From: an uncultured Fibrobacteria bacterium | GTDB taxonomy: Bacteria; Fibrobacterota; Fibrobacteria; UBA11236 | Length of the DNA: 64,000 nucleotides | Assembly (NCBI GenBank): GCA_963716395.1 | Contig: OY970309.1 | Coordinates: forward strand, 192,001 to 256,000 | Reading direction: 5' to 3' | In this document: piece after piece, positions 39,417 to 48,997 of the stretch | Layout: every line of letters begins with the position of its first letter | Numbering within the stretch: position 1 is the first letter of the stretch | Translations under genes and position numbers: made by a program | Notes under the pieces: model-generated | What the model was told of the DNA's origin: nothing | Database searches by the model: none | Seen by the model: only the letters and a program-made list of their open reading frames with translations

Positions 39417-40634
39417 TCAAGCCGCCGCCCGCATCAGCGCCAGCACCGGAAAGGTGTAATTGTGGAAGGCCGGCTCTCCGCCGCAGGGCCCGATTTCTCC
39501 CCACGCCATCATTCCCAGCCACGGGGCATGGGGTGCAATGGCGTCGCGCAGCGTTTGATGCTCCTCCAGGGTGTTGGTGGGCCCGAGAAACGGGTAGGTC
39601 CGAGCGGCACATTCGAAACCGAGCACCGACCAGGGTTGGCGCCCATGAAAATTTTGGCTCAACTCATTCGCCATGCGGGTGGTGCCTGCCAGAACCTGCT
39701 CGACGGTTCGGTGATGAAACATGACGCGGCTGCCTTCCGGAACGGCCGCCTGCAGGATCACGCCTCCGGAGTCGAAGTCGAACCCGAAGGCTCCCCGAAT
39801 TTTCCGGTTTTCCACCTCTCCCCCCGGCGCCGTGCGCGCCGAACCCCGCGGCTGTTCCACCCCCAAAGCCCAAGTTGCCATATGCCCTTGCGTAATCATT
39901 TCGCCTTGTGCGCATCCGGTGGCTTGGCGCCAGGTTTCGACCGCGGACTGGCCGTCGAGTTCGAGAATCTGATTGCCCTTGGCTTTGGTGACCGTGGTCG
40001 CGGCTCCTGTGGCCGACGTTCCGTGACAAATGCCCACCACTGGTGAGAAGGGCCCCGCCAGCGCCAAGGCCACCACGCCATGCGAGAAAACTTCCTGATC
40101 CACATACTGGAAGGTTTGCACGGGCGGGCCAAAAGGCTGACCGGCCCCCCCGCCCACCAAAGGACAGGACAATTCGAGCCGCATTCCGGCCAGTATCGCT
40201 TCGACGTCGGCGCCGCAAAGCGGATCATAAAGGACGATGACCGCCTGGGGATCGCGGGCCAGATCGCGCTTCAGTTTTTGCGCCAAGGCCCGCCCCTTTT
40301 CCCGAGAGTTTTCCTGAATCTCCCTCTCCACGGCCACGGCGGCGGTGAGTTGGTCGCCGCCAAAAGCCATGGCGCCAAGCGCGACGCCGTCTTCCGTCAG
40401 GTTCTGATTGCTGACCACCCCCTGCACGGAACATCCCAGCATCAGGACGGAGGGATCCAACCGCTGGCGCAACCCCTGCAAAACGGCGGCTTGATCGTGG
40501 TTGATGGTGGAATAAACCAAAACGGCTTTGGGTTTCCTGCCCGAAAATTCCCGCAGCAGCGAAGTTCCGGCCTCCCGACCCGCTTCCTGGGAGTCCGGCT
40601 CGACCGAAAAGAAACTCGATGCCAATAAGTCCAT
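39417..40634 (-). CDS. FIST-domain (FIST_N plus FIST_C) sensor protein, NosP-like
   Basis: GCS, PLVGGGAG, ELDGQSA, FECAAR, WGEIGP, HNYT. Confidence 0.87.
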   Translation of the reverse strand: MDLLASSFFSVEPDSQEAGREAGTSLLREFSGRKPKAVLVYSTINHDQAAVLQGLRQRLDPSVLMLGCSVQGVVSNQNLTEDGVALGAMAFGGDQLTAAVAVEREIQENSREKGRALAQKLKRDLARDPQAVIVLYDPLCGADVEAILAGMRLELSCPLVGGGAGQPFGPPVQTFQYVDQEVFSHGVVALALAGPFSPVVGICHGTSATGAATTVTKAKGNQILELDGQSAVETWRQATGCAQGEMITQGHMATWALGVEQPRGSARTAPGGEVENRKIRGAFGFDFDSGGVILQAAVPEGSRVMFHHRTVEQVLAGTTRMANELSQNFHGRQPWSVLGFECAARTYPFLGPTNTLEEHQTLRDAIAPHAPWLGMMAWGEIGPCGGEPAFHNYTFPVLALMRAAA

Positions 40635-40898
40635 GGTGTAACTCCTGTCTTTGATCTTCGTATTAACGCACAGGTGACGGGCGGATCAAAAACTGGATGA
40701 TTCCCCATCCTCGCCATCGGAGTTTATCACGGGCCAGCCGGCTCGTCCACATTATTGCGGCCGCGATGTGCTTTTAGCTCGCCAGGGCCTAAAATCCCAG
40801 AGGAATTGCCGGTTGCCACGCTTCGGAAACAGCCAGGCTTTTCCCGAAACGGCTCTACACCGTGATCGGGAAAAACTGCGGTACAGACGGAGTAGGTT

Positions 40899-42110
40899 AT
40901 GAAAAGAGTCCTGTTCGTGGACGATGAGAAGGAAATTCTGGATGGACTCAGTAACGCCTTGCGTAAACACCGGCACCTCTGGGAATCGGTTTTTGCGCAA
41001 GGCGGACGGGCGGCGCTTGAGGAGATGGCGAAGGGCCGATTCGACGTCGTAGTCTCCGACATGCGCATGCCGGGAATGGACGGCGCGGCGCTGTTGAAAA
41101 TTGTCCAGGAGCGCTACCCCGCTACAGCCCGGATCATCCTTACCGGATACGCAGAAGAGGAATCGGTTGTACGATCCATGCCGGTAGCCCATCAATTCCT
41201 CGCGAAACCCTGCGATTGCAATCTCCTGCCGAAAACCATCAAAAGGGTTTGCCAATTACAAGAATTACTCCATAACGAAAGACTGAAAAACACCATGGGG
41301 AACCTGAGCAACCTTCCTTCCCCACCCAAAACCTACTGGGATCTCACCGCCACCATCGCCCAACCCAATTTCGACATGCAAACCGTGGCGGACATCATCG
41401 GCAGAGACCCCTCCCTATCCGCCAAAATTCTGCAAATCATTAATTCCCCGTTTTTCGGATTGCGAAAAACGATGAATGATATCGGCCAAGCCGTGAAATT
41501 CCTCGGTGTCGAAATGCTGCGATCGCTGGCTTTGACCGCCGACATTTTCTCGTCTGTGGACGAATCCTCTTTGCCTCCGAGTTTTTCCCTGGAGGCGTTC
41601 CGCACCAGCTCCATTCTGAGCGCCAAGATCGCGGCTAAAGTCATCGCCGATCCGGCCGAGGCCGACGAGGCGGGCATCGCGGGGCTCCTGCATGACATCG
41701 GAAAACTCATCCTGGCGATCTGCCTGCCGGAACAAACGGAAAGCCTGTTCCGCGCTTCGATAACTTTGGGAAAAACCTATAACGTGATGGAAAAAGAGCC
41801 GGATTACATCCCCCATGCCGACGCCGGAGCTTATTTGCTCGGGCTTTGGAATCTCCCCGTTTCCATCGTCGAGGCGGTGGGTTTTCACCATTGCCCCTCC
41901 AAAATCCCGGTGGAGGGGCTGCATGTCGCCGGAGCGGTGCATATCGCGGATTGGCTGGTGGACTCCGTTCTCCCCTTGGAACTGAGAACCCCGTTCGAAG
42001 TTTCCGAATTGGACGCCGAATTCATTGCGAGGTCGAACCTGAGGGAAAAATTGGAAGATTGGAAAGCCATGGTCCGGGACGAAGTTGAGCGCTGCGGAGT
42101 GGCGGTTTGA
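40899..42110 (+). CDS. Response regulator with HDOD domain
   Basis: FVDDE, SDMRMP, DPSLSAKILQIINSPFFG, GLLHDIG, HADAGAYLLGLWNLP, HH. Confidence 0.9.
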   Translation: MKRVLFVDDEKEILDGLSNALRKHRHLWESVFAQGGRAALEEMAKGRFDVVVSDMRMPGMDGAALLKIVQERYPATARIILTGYAEEESVVRSMPVAHQFLAKPCDCNLLPKTIKRVCQLQELLHNERLKNTMGNLSNLPSPPKTYWDLTATIAQPNFDMQTVADIIGRDPSLSAKILQIINSPFFGLRKTMNDIGQAVKFLGVEMLRSLALTADIFSSVDESSLPPSFSLEAFRTSSILSAKIAAKVIADPAEADEAGIAGLLHDIGKLILAICLPEQTESLFRASITLGKTYNVMEKEPDYIPHADAGAYLLGLWNLPVSIVEAVGFHHCPSKIPVEGLHVAGAVHIADWLVDSVLPLELRTPFEVSELDAEFIARSNLREKLEDWKAMVRDEVERCGVAV

Positions 42111-42113
42111 AGC

Positions 42114-43298
42114 ATGGCCGTTCCCATTCGCACAAAAATATTATGCGTCGATGACGACCTCCATGTCGTCGAAAGCCTGGCCTTGACCCTGCACAAACGC
42201 TACGAGGTTTTGACCGCCACGAGCGGCGCCGCGGCGTTGCAAATGATCGCGAATGAAAAATTTCTTCCCGTGGTGATTTCAGATATGCGCATGCCCGGCA
42301 TGGACGGCGCGGCCTTCCTGGCCAAGGTGAAGGACTTATCCCCTTTCACCGTCCGCATGCTTTTAACCGGTCAAACAGACTTGGATTCAGCCATTGCGGC
42401 CATTAATTTCGGACAGATCTTCCGCTTCCTCGTCAAACCCATCGCGCCGCCCCTGCTCCTGCAAAGCGTGGAGGCGGCTGTGGCGCAGTATCGGCTGTTG
42501 GTGACGGAAAAAATTTTGTTGGAACAGACCCTTCGGGGCAGCATCAAGATGCTCACCGATATTCTGTCCCTGGCCAACCCCTTCGCTTTTGGACGGACGC
42601 TGCGCATCAAGAAACTCGCGCTGGATCTCGGGCAACAACTGCAACTCGAATCCAATTGGCAAATCGAGGTGGCGGCCTCGCTGTCCCATATCGGTTATAT
42701 CACGCTTCCCCAGACCACGGTGGAAAAGATCTATTACGGCCAGGCCTTGACGCCGGAAGAACAAAAACAATCCGCCGGAATCCTTGAAGTTTCCGAGCAC
42801 TTGATTTCCAGCATTCCGAGACTCGAAGAAGTCCGCGCCATTCTCCTGAATCTTGAGAAACATTTTGACGGCACCGGCCTCCCGGAGAACGGATTGGCCG
42901 GAGAACGCATTCCGCTCGGGGCGCGCATCCTGAAAATCGCGAAAGATTTCGATTTACTGGAAGTGCAGGGGCTGTCCCAATCCTTGGCCATGGAAAATTT
43001 GCGGGCGCGTCCAGGATGCTACGATCCCAAATTGCTGGAAGCTTTCGCGGAAAGGTTGGGCGCCGGCAACGAGGATTTTGAACTGCGTTCCCTGTCGATT
43101 CACGCCTTGATGCCGGGCATGAAATTCGCGGAAGAAGTAATCTCCAGCGCCGGGGCTCTGATTATTCCGCGGGAATACGAAATCACGCAAACCTTGTTGG
43201 ATAAGCTCAAAAATTACCCGGAAGGCACGATTCCGGACATGATATTGGTCAAGATTTTAAGGGAACCGGGTCCGGTTCCGTCCCAGCCTATCCGGTAA
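42114..43298 (+). CDS. Response regulator with degenerate HD-GYP-like domain
   Basis: REC SDMRMP; SLSHIG in place of LHDIG; DGTGLP in place of GYP; IPLGARIL. Confidence 0.82.
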   Translation: MAVPIRTKILCVDDDLHVVESLALTLHKRYEVLTATSGAAALQMIANEKFLPVVISDMRMPGMDGAAFLAKVKDLSPFTVRMLLTGQTDLDSAIAAINFGQIFRFLVKPIAPPLLLQSVEAAVAQYRLLVTEKILLEQTLRGSIKMLTDILSLANPFAFGRTLRIKKLALDLGQQLQLESNWQIEVAASLSHIGYITLPQTTVEKIYYGQALTPEEQKQSAGILEVSEHLISSIPRLEEVRAILLNLEKHFDGTGLPENGLAGERIPLGARILKIAKDFDLLEVQGLSQSLAMENLRARPGCYDPKLLEAFAERLGAGNEDFELRSLSIHALMPGMKFAEEVISSAGALIIPREYEITQTLLDKLKNYPEGTIPDMILVKILREPGPVPSQPIR

Positions 43299-43315
43299 AA
43301 AATTCGCGGCGCACC

Positions 43316-45643
43316 CTAAAACGTTTTGCGCGTGCGCGGATTTTCTTTTTTGGGCCCGCCCTTGCCGGGAATAAGGGGCTGGTCGCGGTGGCGGTTGGCG
43401 GTGGAAATATCGACCGTGGGCGGTCGCTGGTTGTGATACTCGGGGGAACAGAATTCGGTGGGCTGATGGCCGAGGATGTAATAGTCGTCGGTGGTCAGCG
43501 GACAGAAACTGCGGGCCAAGAGCCCCGAGGTTTCGCACACGCGCTCCTGCACCACGCCCGACGGTTTGGGAAAGTCGACGAAGAAATCGACGGGCCGGGT
43601 GCCGCGCACCGCATAACGCATCAGGTCGATCCACATGGGCACGGCGTCGTCAGCGCCGGTGTTGCCCGGGCCCATGGAGGAATGGTCGTCGATACCCACC
43701 CAGATTCCCGCCGTGTAATGCTTGGTGAAGCCGATGTACCAGGCGTCGGAGTAGTCGTTGGTGGTGCCGGTTTTGCCGCCCGAGGCCCAATTGAATCCGT
43801 TGGCCCAGATGGCCGCGGCCGTGCCGTGGATGTTGACGTCGCGCAACATGGTGCACAGAATCCAGGCCGCCTCCTTGCTCAGCACTTCCTGGGTCTGCGG
43901 CGCATTGCGGTAGACGGTTTCGCCGTTGCGGTCCACGATGCGATCCACGAAATAGGGAATGGGCCGCACGCCGCCGTTGGGAAACGCGGTATAGGCCGAC
44001 GTCAATTCCAGCAAGGTGGCCTCGCAGGAGCCCACCGCCACCGAGGGCACGGCCGGCACATTGTGTTCCAGCCCGAATTTGCGCGCGTACGATACCACGG
44101 TTTGCAAGCCGAACTTCAGGCCGGTTTCGATGGCCGGAAGATTCTGTGATTTGTACAGGGCGCGGCGCATGGTCATGCGGCCCGTGAACCCGCCCTCGAA
44201 ATTGTGCGGCCGCCACACCTTGTTCGAATCCACAGGATCGGGAATGGTGATGGGCTGATCGTTGATCATATCGCCCGGGCTGGCGCCGTTGTCGACGGCC
44301 GCGGCGTAGACGAAGGGTTTGAAGGCCGATCCCGGCGAACGTACCGCCTGCAGGGCGCGGTTGTATTTGGAGATTTCGAAGCTTTCTCCGCCCACCATGG
44401 CGCGCACCGCGCCGGTGGCGTTGTCGAGCACCAGCAACGCCGCTTCGGGATGGTGGTAGCGCAACGAATCGGGGAAGCGCGGATGTTCCTTGGAGGTGTC
44501 GCCCCGCAAATAGAGCGAATCGAAACGGGGATAGTAGATGTTCCAGTAATGCACCACGGTGTCGAGCGGTTCATGCAGCAGCTTGGCCATGTTGTAGGAC
44601 CGCGCCGTGCGAAAGCGGAATTTCACATCGACCTGATGCAGATGCACGTCGAGAATGCTGTCGGCGTAGCGCTGCAACGACGAGTCCATGGTGGTGTACA
44701 CCGAAGCGCCCTGGTTGTAGACGAAGTCCTCATTCCACTTTTTCTCCATGAACTGGCGTACCGTCTCCACGAAATACGCCCCAACCTCGGCGGGAGGATG
44801 GTAAACGTGCACTTCCAGCGGAGTCTTGACGGCCCGCCTCCATTGGGCGCGCGTGATGAAGCGCTGTTCGCGCATGGCCCCCAGCACCACGTTGCGCCGC
44901 TCGCGCGATGCCTTCGGGCTCACGTCGGGCCGATAGAGTTCGGGCCGTTGCAACATGCCGGCGAGCAGGGCATACTGCTCCACCGTCAGGGAATCCAGCG
45001 GCTTGCCGAAGTACCGTTCCGAGGCGGCCGCGAAGCCGTAGGCACCGGCTCCGAGATAAACCTGGTTGCAATAAAACTCCAGGATTTCATTCTTGGTGTA
45101 GGTGCGTTCGATTTTGACGGCCATCAGCACCTCGCGTACCTTGCGGGCGATACTGCGCTCGGGCGTGAGAAAAAGGTTCTTGGCGAGCTGCTGGGTGAGC
45201 GTCGAGGCGCCGCGCACGCGATGCCCGAACAACGCGGGCAAAATCGCCGAGGGGTAGGCGGTGAGATTGACGCCCCAATGCTGGCGGAAGGAACGATCTT
45301 CGATGGCGAAAATGGCCTGTTGCAGCTTCAGCGGGATGCGCGATTCGGGGATCCAAATGCGCCGCTGGGTGTAAAACTCGTGCACCAGGGCGCCGTTGTG
45401 ATCGTAGACGTGGGTGATGAGGCTGGGTTCGATATGCTCGAGCCTGTCGAGCGAAGGCAGCGAGCGGGAGTAGTACCAGAAAACCGACAACAACGCCGCC
45501 AAACCCAACGCAGTCAGGCCCGCAAATGCGCCGATCCAACGCCAGAAGCGGGCGCGGTATTCGGGCCGCTGGAATTCAGCCCGCAGCGTTCCCGGCCACG
45601 CCAGGACAGCGCGCCACAAGGACTTCACGATTTGCAGGGGCAT
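43316..45643 (-). CDS. mrcA: Class A penicillin-binding protein 1A
   Basis: EDRSF, GASTLTQQL, SAFK, SQN, KTG. Confidence 0.93.
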   Translation of the reverse strand: MPLQIVKSLWRAVLAWPGTLRAEFQRPEYRARFWRWIGAFAGLTALGLAALLSVFWYYSRSLPSLDRLEHIEPSLITHVYDHNGALVHEFYTQRRIWIPESRIPLKLQQAIFAIEDRSFRQHWGVNLTAYPSAILPALFGHRVRGASTLTQQLAKNLFLTPERSIARKVREVLMAVKIERTYTKNEILEFYCNQVYLGAGAYGFAAASERYFGKPLDSLTVEQYALLAGMLQRPELYRPDVSPKASRERRNVVLGAMREQRFITRAQWRRAVKTPLEVHVYHPPAEVGAYFVETVRQFMEKKWNEDFVYNQGASVYTTMDSSLQRYADSILDVHLHQVDVKFRFRTARSYNMAKLLHEPLDTVVHYWNIYYPRFDSLYLRGDTSKEHPRFPDSLRYHHPEAALLVLDNATGAVRAMVGGESFEISKYNRALQAVRSPGSAFKPFVYAAAVDNGASPGDMINDQPITIPDPVDSNKVWRPHNFEGGFTGRMTMRRALYKSQNLPAIETGLKFGLQTVVSYARKFGLEHNVPAVPSVAVGSCEATLLELTSAYTAFPNGGVRPIPYFVDRIVDRNGETVYRNAPQTQEVLSKEAAWILCTMLRDVNIHGTAAAIWANGFNWASGGKTGTTNDYSDAWYIGFTKHYTAGIWVGIDDHSSMGPGNTGADDAVPMWIDLMRYAVRGTRPVDFFVDFPKPSGVVQERVCETSGLLARSFCPLTTDDYYILGHQPTEFCSPEYHNQRPPTVDISTANRHRDQPLIPGKGGPKKENPRTRKTF

Positions 45644-45726
45644 AGCCGATTTAAAGTATCAAAGTCCGGGGGAAACGGCCGCTCGTCTTTGCTTCGCACG
45701 GCTTCCTTGCTATGTTTGCCCCCGCT

Positions 45727-45803
45727 GCGGGCGTGGCCAAACTGGATAAGGCATCTGACTACGAATCAGAAGATTCCAGGTTCGACTCCTGGCGCTCGCA
45801 CCA
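45727..45803 (+). tRNA. tRNA-Arg(ACG)
   Basis: Acceptor GCGGGCG/CGCTCGC, anticodon arm TCTGA-CTACGAA-TCAGA, T-arm CCAGG-TTCGACT-CCTGG, encoded CCA. Confidence 0.97.
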
Positions 45804-45913
45804 TCTCCCGCCAAATTTCCTCCGCCATGAAAACCCCCGCCCGACGCAGGCGGTCTTAGGCGAACGGGGTGAGGCCCCGGACGCGTCGCGGAGGGTCGGC
45901 CTTGAAGACGGCA

Positions 45914-46405
45914 TCAAAAACCGTAGGCCGAATGCAATTGCTCTTCGGTGGGAAAGGTGTCGTAAAATTCGCCGCGCGGCCCTTTCCATTCGCCATTGAC
46001 GAGTTCGAGAACCACGGGCGTTCGCGATCCATTGCTGTTTTTCACCATGACGGTTTTGGTTTCCGGTTGCGCCGGGGTTGGGACCACGGTATCGGGTTCC
46101 ACTGGAGGCTTTTGCACGATCACCGTGGCTGGTTTCCGCACCACCACATAGTGAACCGGAACGACGCGGTGATACGTCGGCTGATTGTGAAATGCCATGA
46201 TCCCTGCGAACAGAAAGATGGCGCCGAAGGCTAGAAAGGCGATGGGCGCCGCATCGTAATAACTGCTTCGGTTCGGGGAGGTGTACGCCACCGCTTCGGA
46301 GCTGGCCTGCGCCTGCTGTACGGCCAGTAAACCCACGATGACCACGGTGGCCATCGGCACGGAAAATTTTCGCATCCACCCGGAAGTAAAGCTGTGAATT
46401 TGCAT
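45914..46405 (-). CDS. Hypothetical exported/membrane protein
   Basis: Signal-like and TM segments, Pro/Val-rich linker, C-terminal KNSNGSRTPV...GPRGEFY..PTEEQL; GGAGG RBS. Confidence 0.65.
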   Translation of the reverse strand: MQIHSFTSGWMRKFSVPMATVVIVGLLAVQQAQASSEAVAYTSPNRSSYYDAAPIAFLAFGAIFLFAGIMAFHNQPTYHRVVPVHYVVVRKPATVIVQKPPVEPDTVVPTPAQPETKTVMVKNSNGSRTPVVLELVNGEWKGPRGEFYDTFPTEEQLHSAYGF

Positions 46406-46601
46406 ACCCGCCTCCCCAGTTCTTGAGAGGAAGATATCAAGCGTTAGGACAGCCGGCCACGGTTGTTACAACCCGTAATTGGAGCGTTACTATCCGTAAT
46501 TGCGGGCCCGAAATCGCCTTTTGATCCGTTACGTTCTATGCCGGGAGCCGCGCAGACGGAATGAACACCAAAGTGGCCGCCCTGCGCGCACGGCGCTTTC
46601 C

Positions 46602-47648
46602 TTAGCGTTCTTTGATCAGCCGGGTCACTTGCGTTTGCCCGCCGGAAACCCATTGCAGGAAGTAAATGCCGGCGGACAGATTCCCGCCCAAATCGGTTTG
46701 TGCGCGGGCCGACAGCCGCCGTTGCTCCCGCACGCGGCCGGAAAGATCCCGCAGCGTCAAGGCTCCGGCGGCCGATCCGGCGGCGATTCGGGTCTGGATT
46801 TGGAAGGGGTTGGCCGCCAGCCGGAAAGGTGGTGAAGTCGGGGCCGGCGCCAGGCTGCTGGCCGGTTTCTGGTAGATGCGCACGTAGTCCACCGTCATGT
46901 CGTTGGGAAACGGGGTGGTACTGTCCGGGCTTCCCGGCCAGCTCCCGCCCACGGCCACGTTGAGAATCAGATAGAAGCGCTGGTCGAAAGGCGACTCCAG
47001 GGTGGTGGAAAAGTACAGGCTGTCGTCCACATACCAGCGTTGCTGATCCGCATCCCATTCGTAGGCGAAGATGTGATAAGTGTCAGCGAAATTCCCGGAA
47101 CTTAGAGTGAGGGAGGATCCCTGCTGTTGATGCTGCCCGTTGACGGCATAATGGATGGTGCCGTAGACCTTATCGGTTTGCTGTCCGAGCAATTCCATAA
47201 TGTCCATTTCGCCGCTGGCGGGCCAAGTGCCGTAGGCGTTGTCGGTGGGCATCATCCAAATGGCCGGCCACATTCCCTGCCCATGATTCAGCTTGGCCTT
47301 CACCTCGACGCGGCCGTACAACCAATCGCCTTTGAATTGCGTGTAGAGTTTGGCCGAGGTGTAATTCCGCCCCCCCGCGCTTTGCTGGAGGGCGCGGATC
47401 ACCAAGGTGCTGTCCTGGATGAAGGCGTTCTGTGACGAATTGGAATAATATTCCAGCTCGGCATTGACTTCCGAGGGCCCGGTTTGGAAGGTCCATTTCG
47501 AAGAATCGATGGTGGGGCCGTTGAATTCATCCTGCCACACCAGATTCCAGCCGGGCTCGTTCTGGGCCTGCGCTTTTGCGATCAGCCCCAAACACGCCAA
47601 TCCGGAAATGAACGCAGCCGTTCTGAGTTCGGCCCTTCGCATCGCCAC
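46602..47648 (-). CDS. Secreted GH16 beta-glucanase (laminarinase-like) with C-terminal sorting-like domain
   Basis: WQDEF, WPAIWM, catalytic EMDIME, LNVAVGG, VDYVR; tail RDLSGR...AGIYF. Confidence 0.92.
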   Translation of the reverse strand: MAMRRAELRTAAFISGLACLGLIAKAQAQNEPGWNLVWQDEFNGPTIDSSKWTFQTGPSEVNAELEYYSNSSQNAFIQDSTLVIRALQQSAGGRNYTSAKLYTQFKGDWLYGRVEVKAKLNHGQGMWPAIWMMPTDNAYGTWPASGEMDIMELLGQQTDKVYGTIHYAVNGQHQQQGSSLTLSSGNFADTYHIFAYEWDADQQRWYVDDSLYFSTTLESPFDQRFYLILNVAVGGSWPGSPDSTTPFPNDMTVDYVRIYQKPASSLAPAPTSPPFRLAANPFQIQTRIAAGSAAGALTLRDLSGRVREQRRLSARAQTDLGGNLSAGIYFLQWVSGGQTQVTRLIKER

Positions 47649-47782
47649 ACCTCTTTTCCCCGGAGAACGGGATCACCCTATCCTGCCAGAAAAGGTAGCG
47701 CGGCAACGAGAAGAACCTGGGGCCATTTTGAACGATTCCACAACCGGCGATGGAATGGAAGCAATAACCACGAAATGGTTAG

Positions 47783-47905
47783 GGCCGGTACGGAGTTTCT
47801 CTCGAAAAGGCCGAGGCGTTGCACCGAACTGGTCGAGGTGACATGTCTGAGTCCGCCGCAGGCGGACGAGTTGCGCAGGCCTTGGAGTGAGAACTCCGAC
47901 CGGCC
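47783..47905. repeat. Nested inverted-repeat element (MITE/REP-like or structured RNA)
   Basis: Termini GGCCGGTACGGAGTTTCTC and GAGAACTCCGACCGGCC are near-complementary; inner AAGGCC/GGCCTT; hairpin GTCCGCC-GCA-GGCGGAC at 47851-47867. Confidence 0.6.
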
Positions 47906-47941
47906 TCCTCCCAGTATGGATTTTAAGCGAGTGTACGGAGT

Positions 47942-48253
47942 TTATCGCAGCATGCCTTGCAGCCCGCGCCAACCCCCGCCGTTATGCGCCGTGAATCCTT
48001 CGGCTTCCAACATACGTTTGGCCGTGGCGCTGCGCATGCCGCTGGCGCAGCAGGTGATGATGGGCTTTTCGCGGTCGAGGCGCGCCAGCCCGCCGGCCAG
48101 GTTTTGCACCGGAATGTTCAGCGAGCCCTCAATATGCCCACCGCGAAATTCATCGTGGGTCCGCACATCGACGATTTGCGCGCCTTGCCGGATGAGCGCG
48201 GCGAAGTCCACGCTTACGCCGAAGCCCAACGCTTGCTTGAACCGATCGAACAT
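47942..48253 (-). CDS. Single-domain rhodanese (sulfurtransferase)
   Basis: VDVRT..EF.GGHI, active loop CASGMRS. Confidence 0.92.
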   Translation of the reverse strand: MFDRFKQALGFGVSVDFAALIRQGAQIVDVRTHDEFRGGHIEGSLNIPVQNLAGGLARLDREKPIITCCASGMRSATAKRMLEAEGFTAHNGGGWRGLQGMLR

Positions 48254-48266
48254 ACCGTAATTCCTT

Positions 48267-48725
48267 TCAAGCGGGCGCCAAGGTCTCGGGTTTGTTGGTG
48301 AAAACTATCGCTCCGTTATACCTCACGGCCCAGGTCACGGGAATGATTTTCTTCAGCATGTGGCTGACGCCGCAATACTTCTCCTGCGACAGGGTCACCG
48401 CCTCCAATGCCGCCGCCTGGTTGGCCTCCGGGCCGGCGAAGTCGTAGACGATATGCATGGCCGTATACTCGATGGGAACCCGGAGCGATAACTCACCGGT
48501 TACCTTGAGGCTGAAGCCGTCGACCGGTTTGCCGGTCTTGCGCAAATAGGCCACCACGTCCATGCCCGTGCATCCCGACAGCGCGGTGAGCAACAACGGT
48601 TTGGGAATGGGTCCGTGGTCGTCACCGCCCACGCGTTCCGCAGCGTCCATGATCACGGTGTGCCCGTCCACAGCCGCATTGAACTGCATCTTGCCCATCC
48701 ATTGCGTTTCGACTTCATGCCCCAT
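48267..48725 (-). CDS. OsmC-family protein
   Basis: P.PLLL.ALSGCTGMDV and S..KYCGVS two-Cys pattern. Confidence 0.9.
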   Translation of the reverse strand: MGHEVETQWMGKMQFNAAVDGHTVIMDAAERVGGDDHGPIPKPLLLTALSGCTGMDVVAYLRKTGKPVDGFSLKVTGELSLRVPIEYTAMHIVYDFAGPEANQAAALEAVTLSQEKYCGVSHMLKKIIPVTWAVRYNGAIVFTNKPETLAPA

Positions 48726-48933
48726 GACGCACTTCCTTGCCGTTGGTGCGCAGCCCGAAGGGGAAATACAACGGGCAGAAGCGGACGACGGCCGTCAGCG
48801 CCAAAATGATGGCCACCGCCAGCAACACCAACCCCAAGACTCCCGTCACCGCATGCGTGAAATACAGCGCGACCAGCACCACCGCCGCCGCCAACCGAAA
48901 AACCCGGTCGAATTGTCCCATGTTCTTGTGCAT
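48715..48933 (-). CDS. DUF2892 (YgaP-like) small membrane protein
   Basis: MHKNMGQFDR, FCPLY. Confidence 0.9.
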   Translation of the reverse strand: MHKNMGQFDRVFRLAAAVVLVALYFTHAVTGVLGLVLLAVAIILALTAVVRFCPLYFPFGLRTNGKEVRHGA

Positions 48934-48981
48934 GACATTCTCCTTGTTGACTCAAGTATAGGCCCGGGAAGGAAGGTCTTC

Positions 48982-48997
48982 AGTCACATCGGTTACA
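48982..48997. promoter_or_regulatory. Candidate Crp/Fnr-family operator for the DUF2892-osmC-rhodanese genes
   Basis: On the minus strand TGTAA-CCGATG-TGACT, with CRP-like 5-6-5 spacing, overlapping the regulator's stop codon. Confidence 0.45.

Noticed and set aside
47844-47875. Hammerhead ribozyme
   Set aside because: It lacks the CUGANGA and GAAA consensus.
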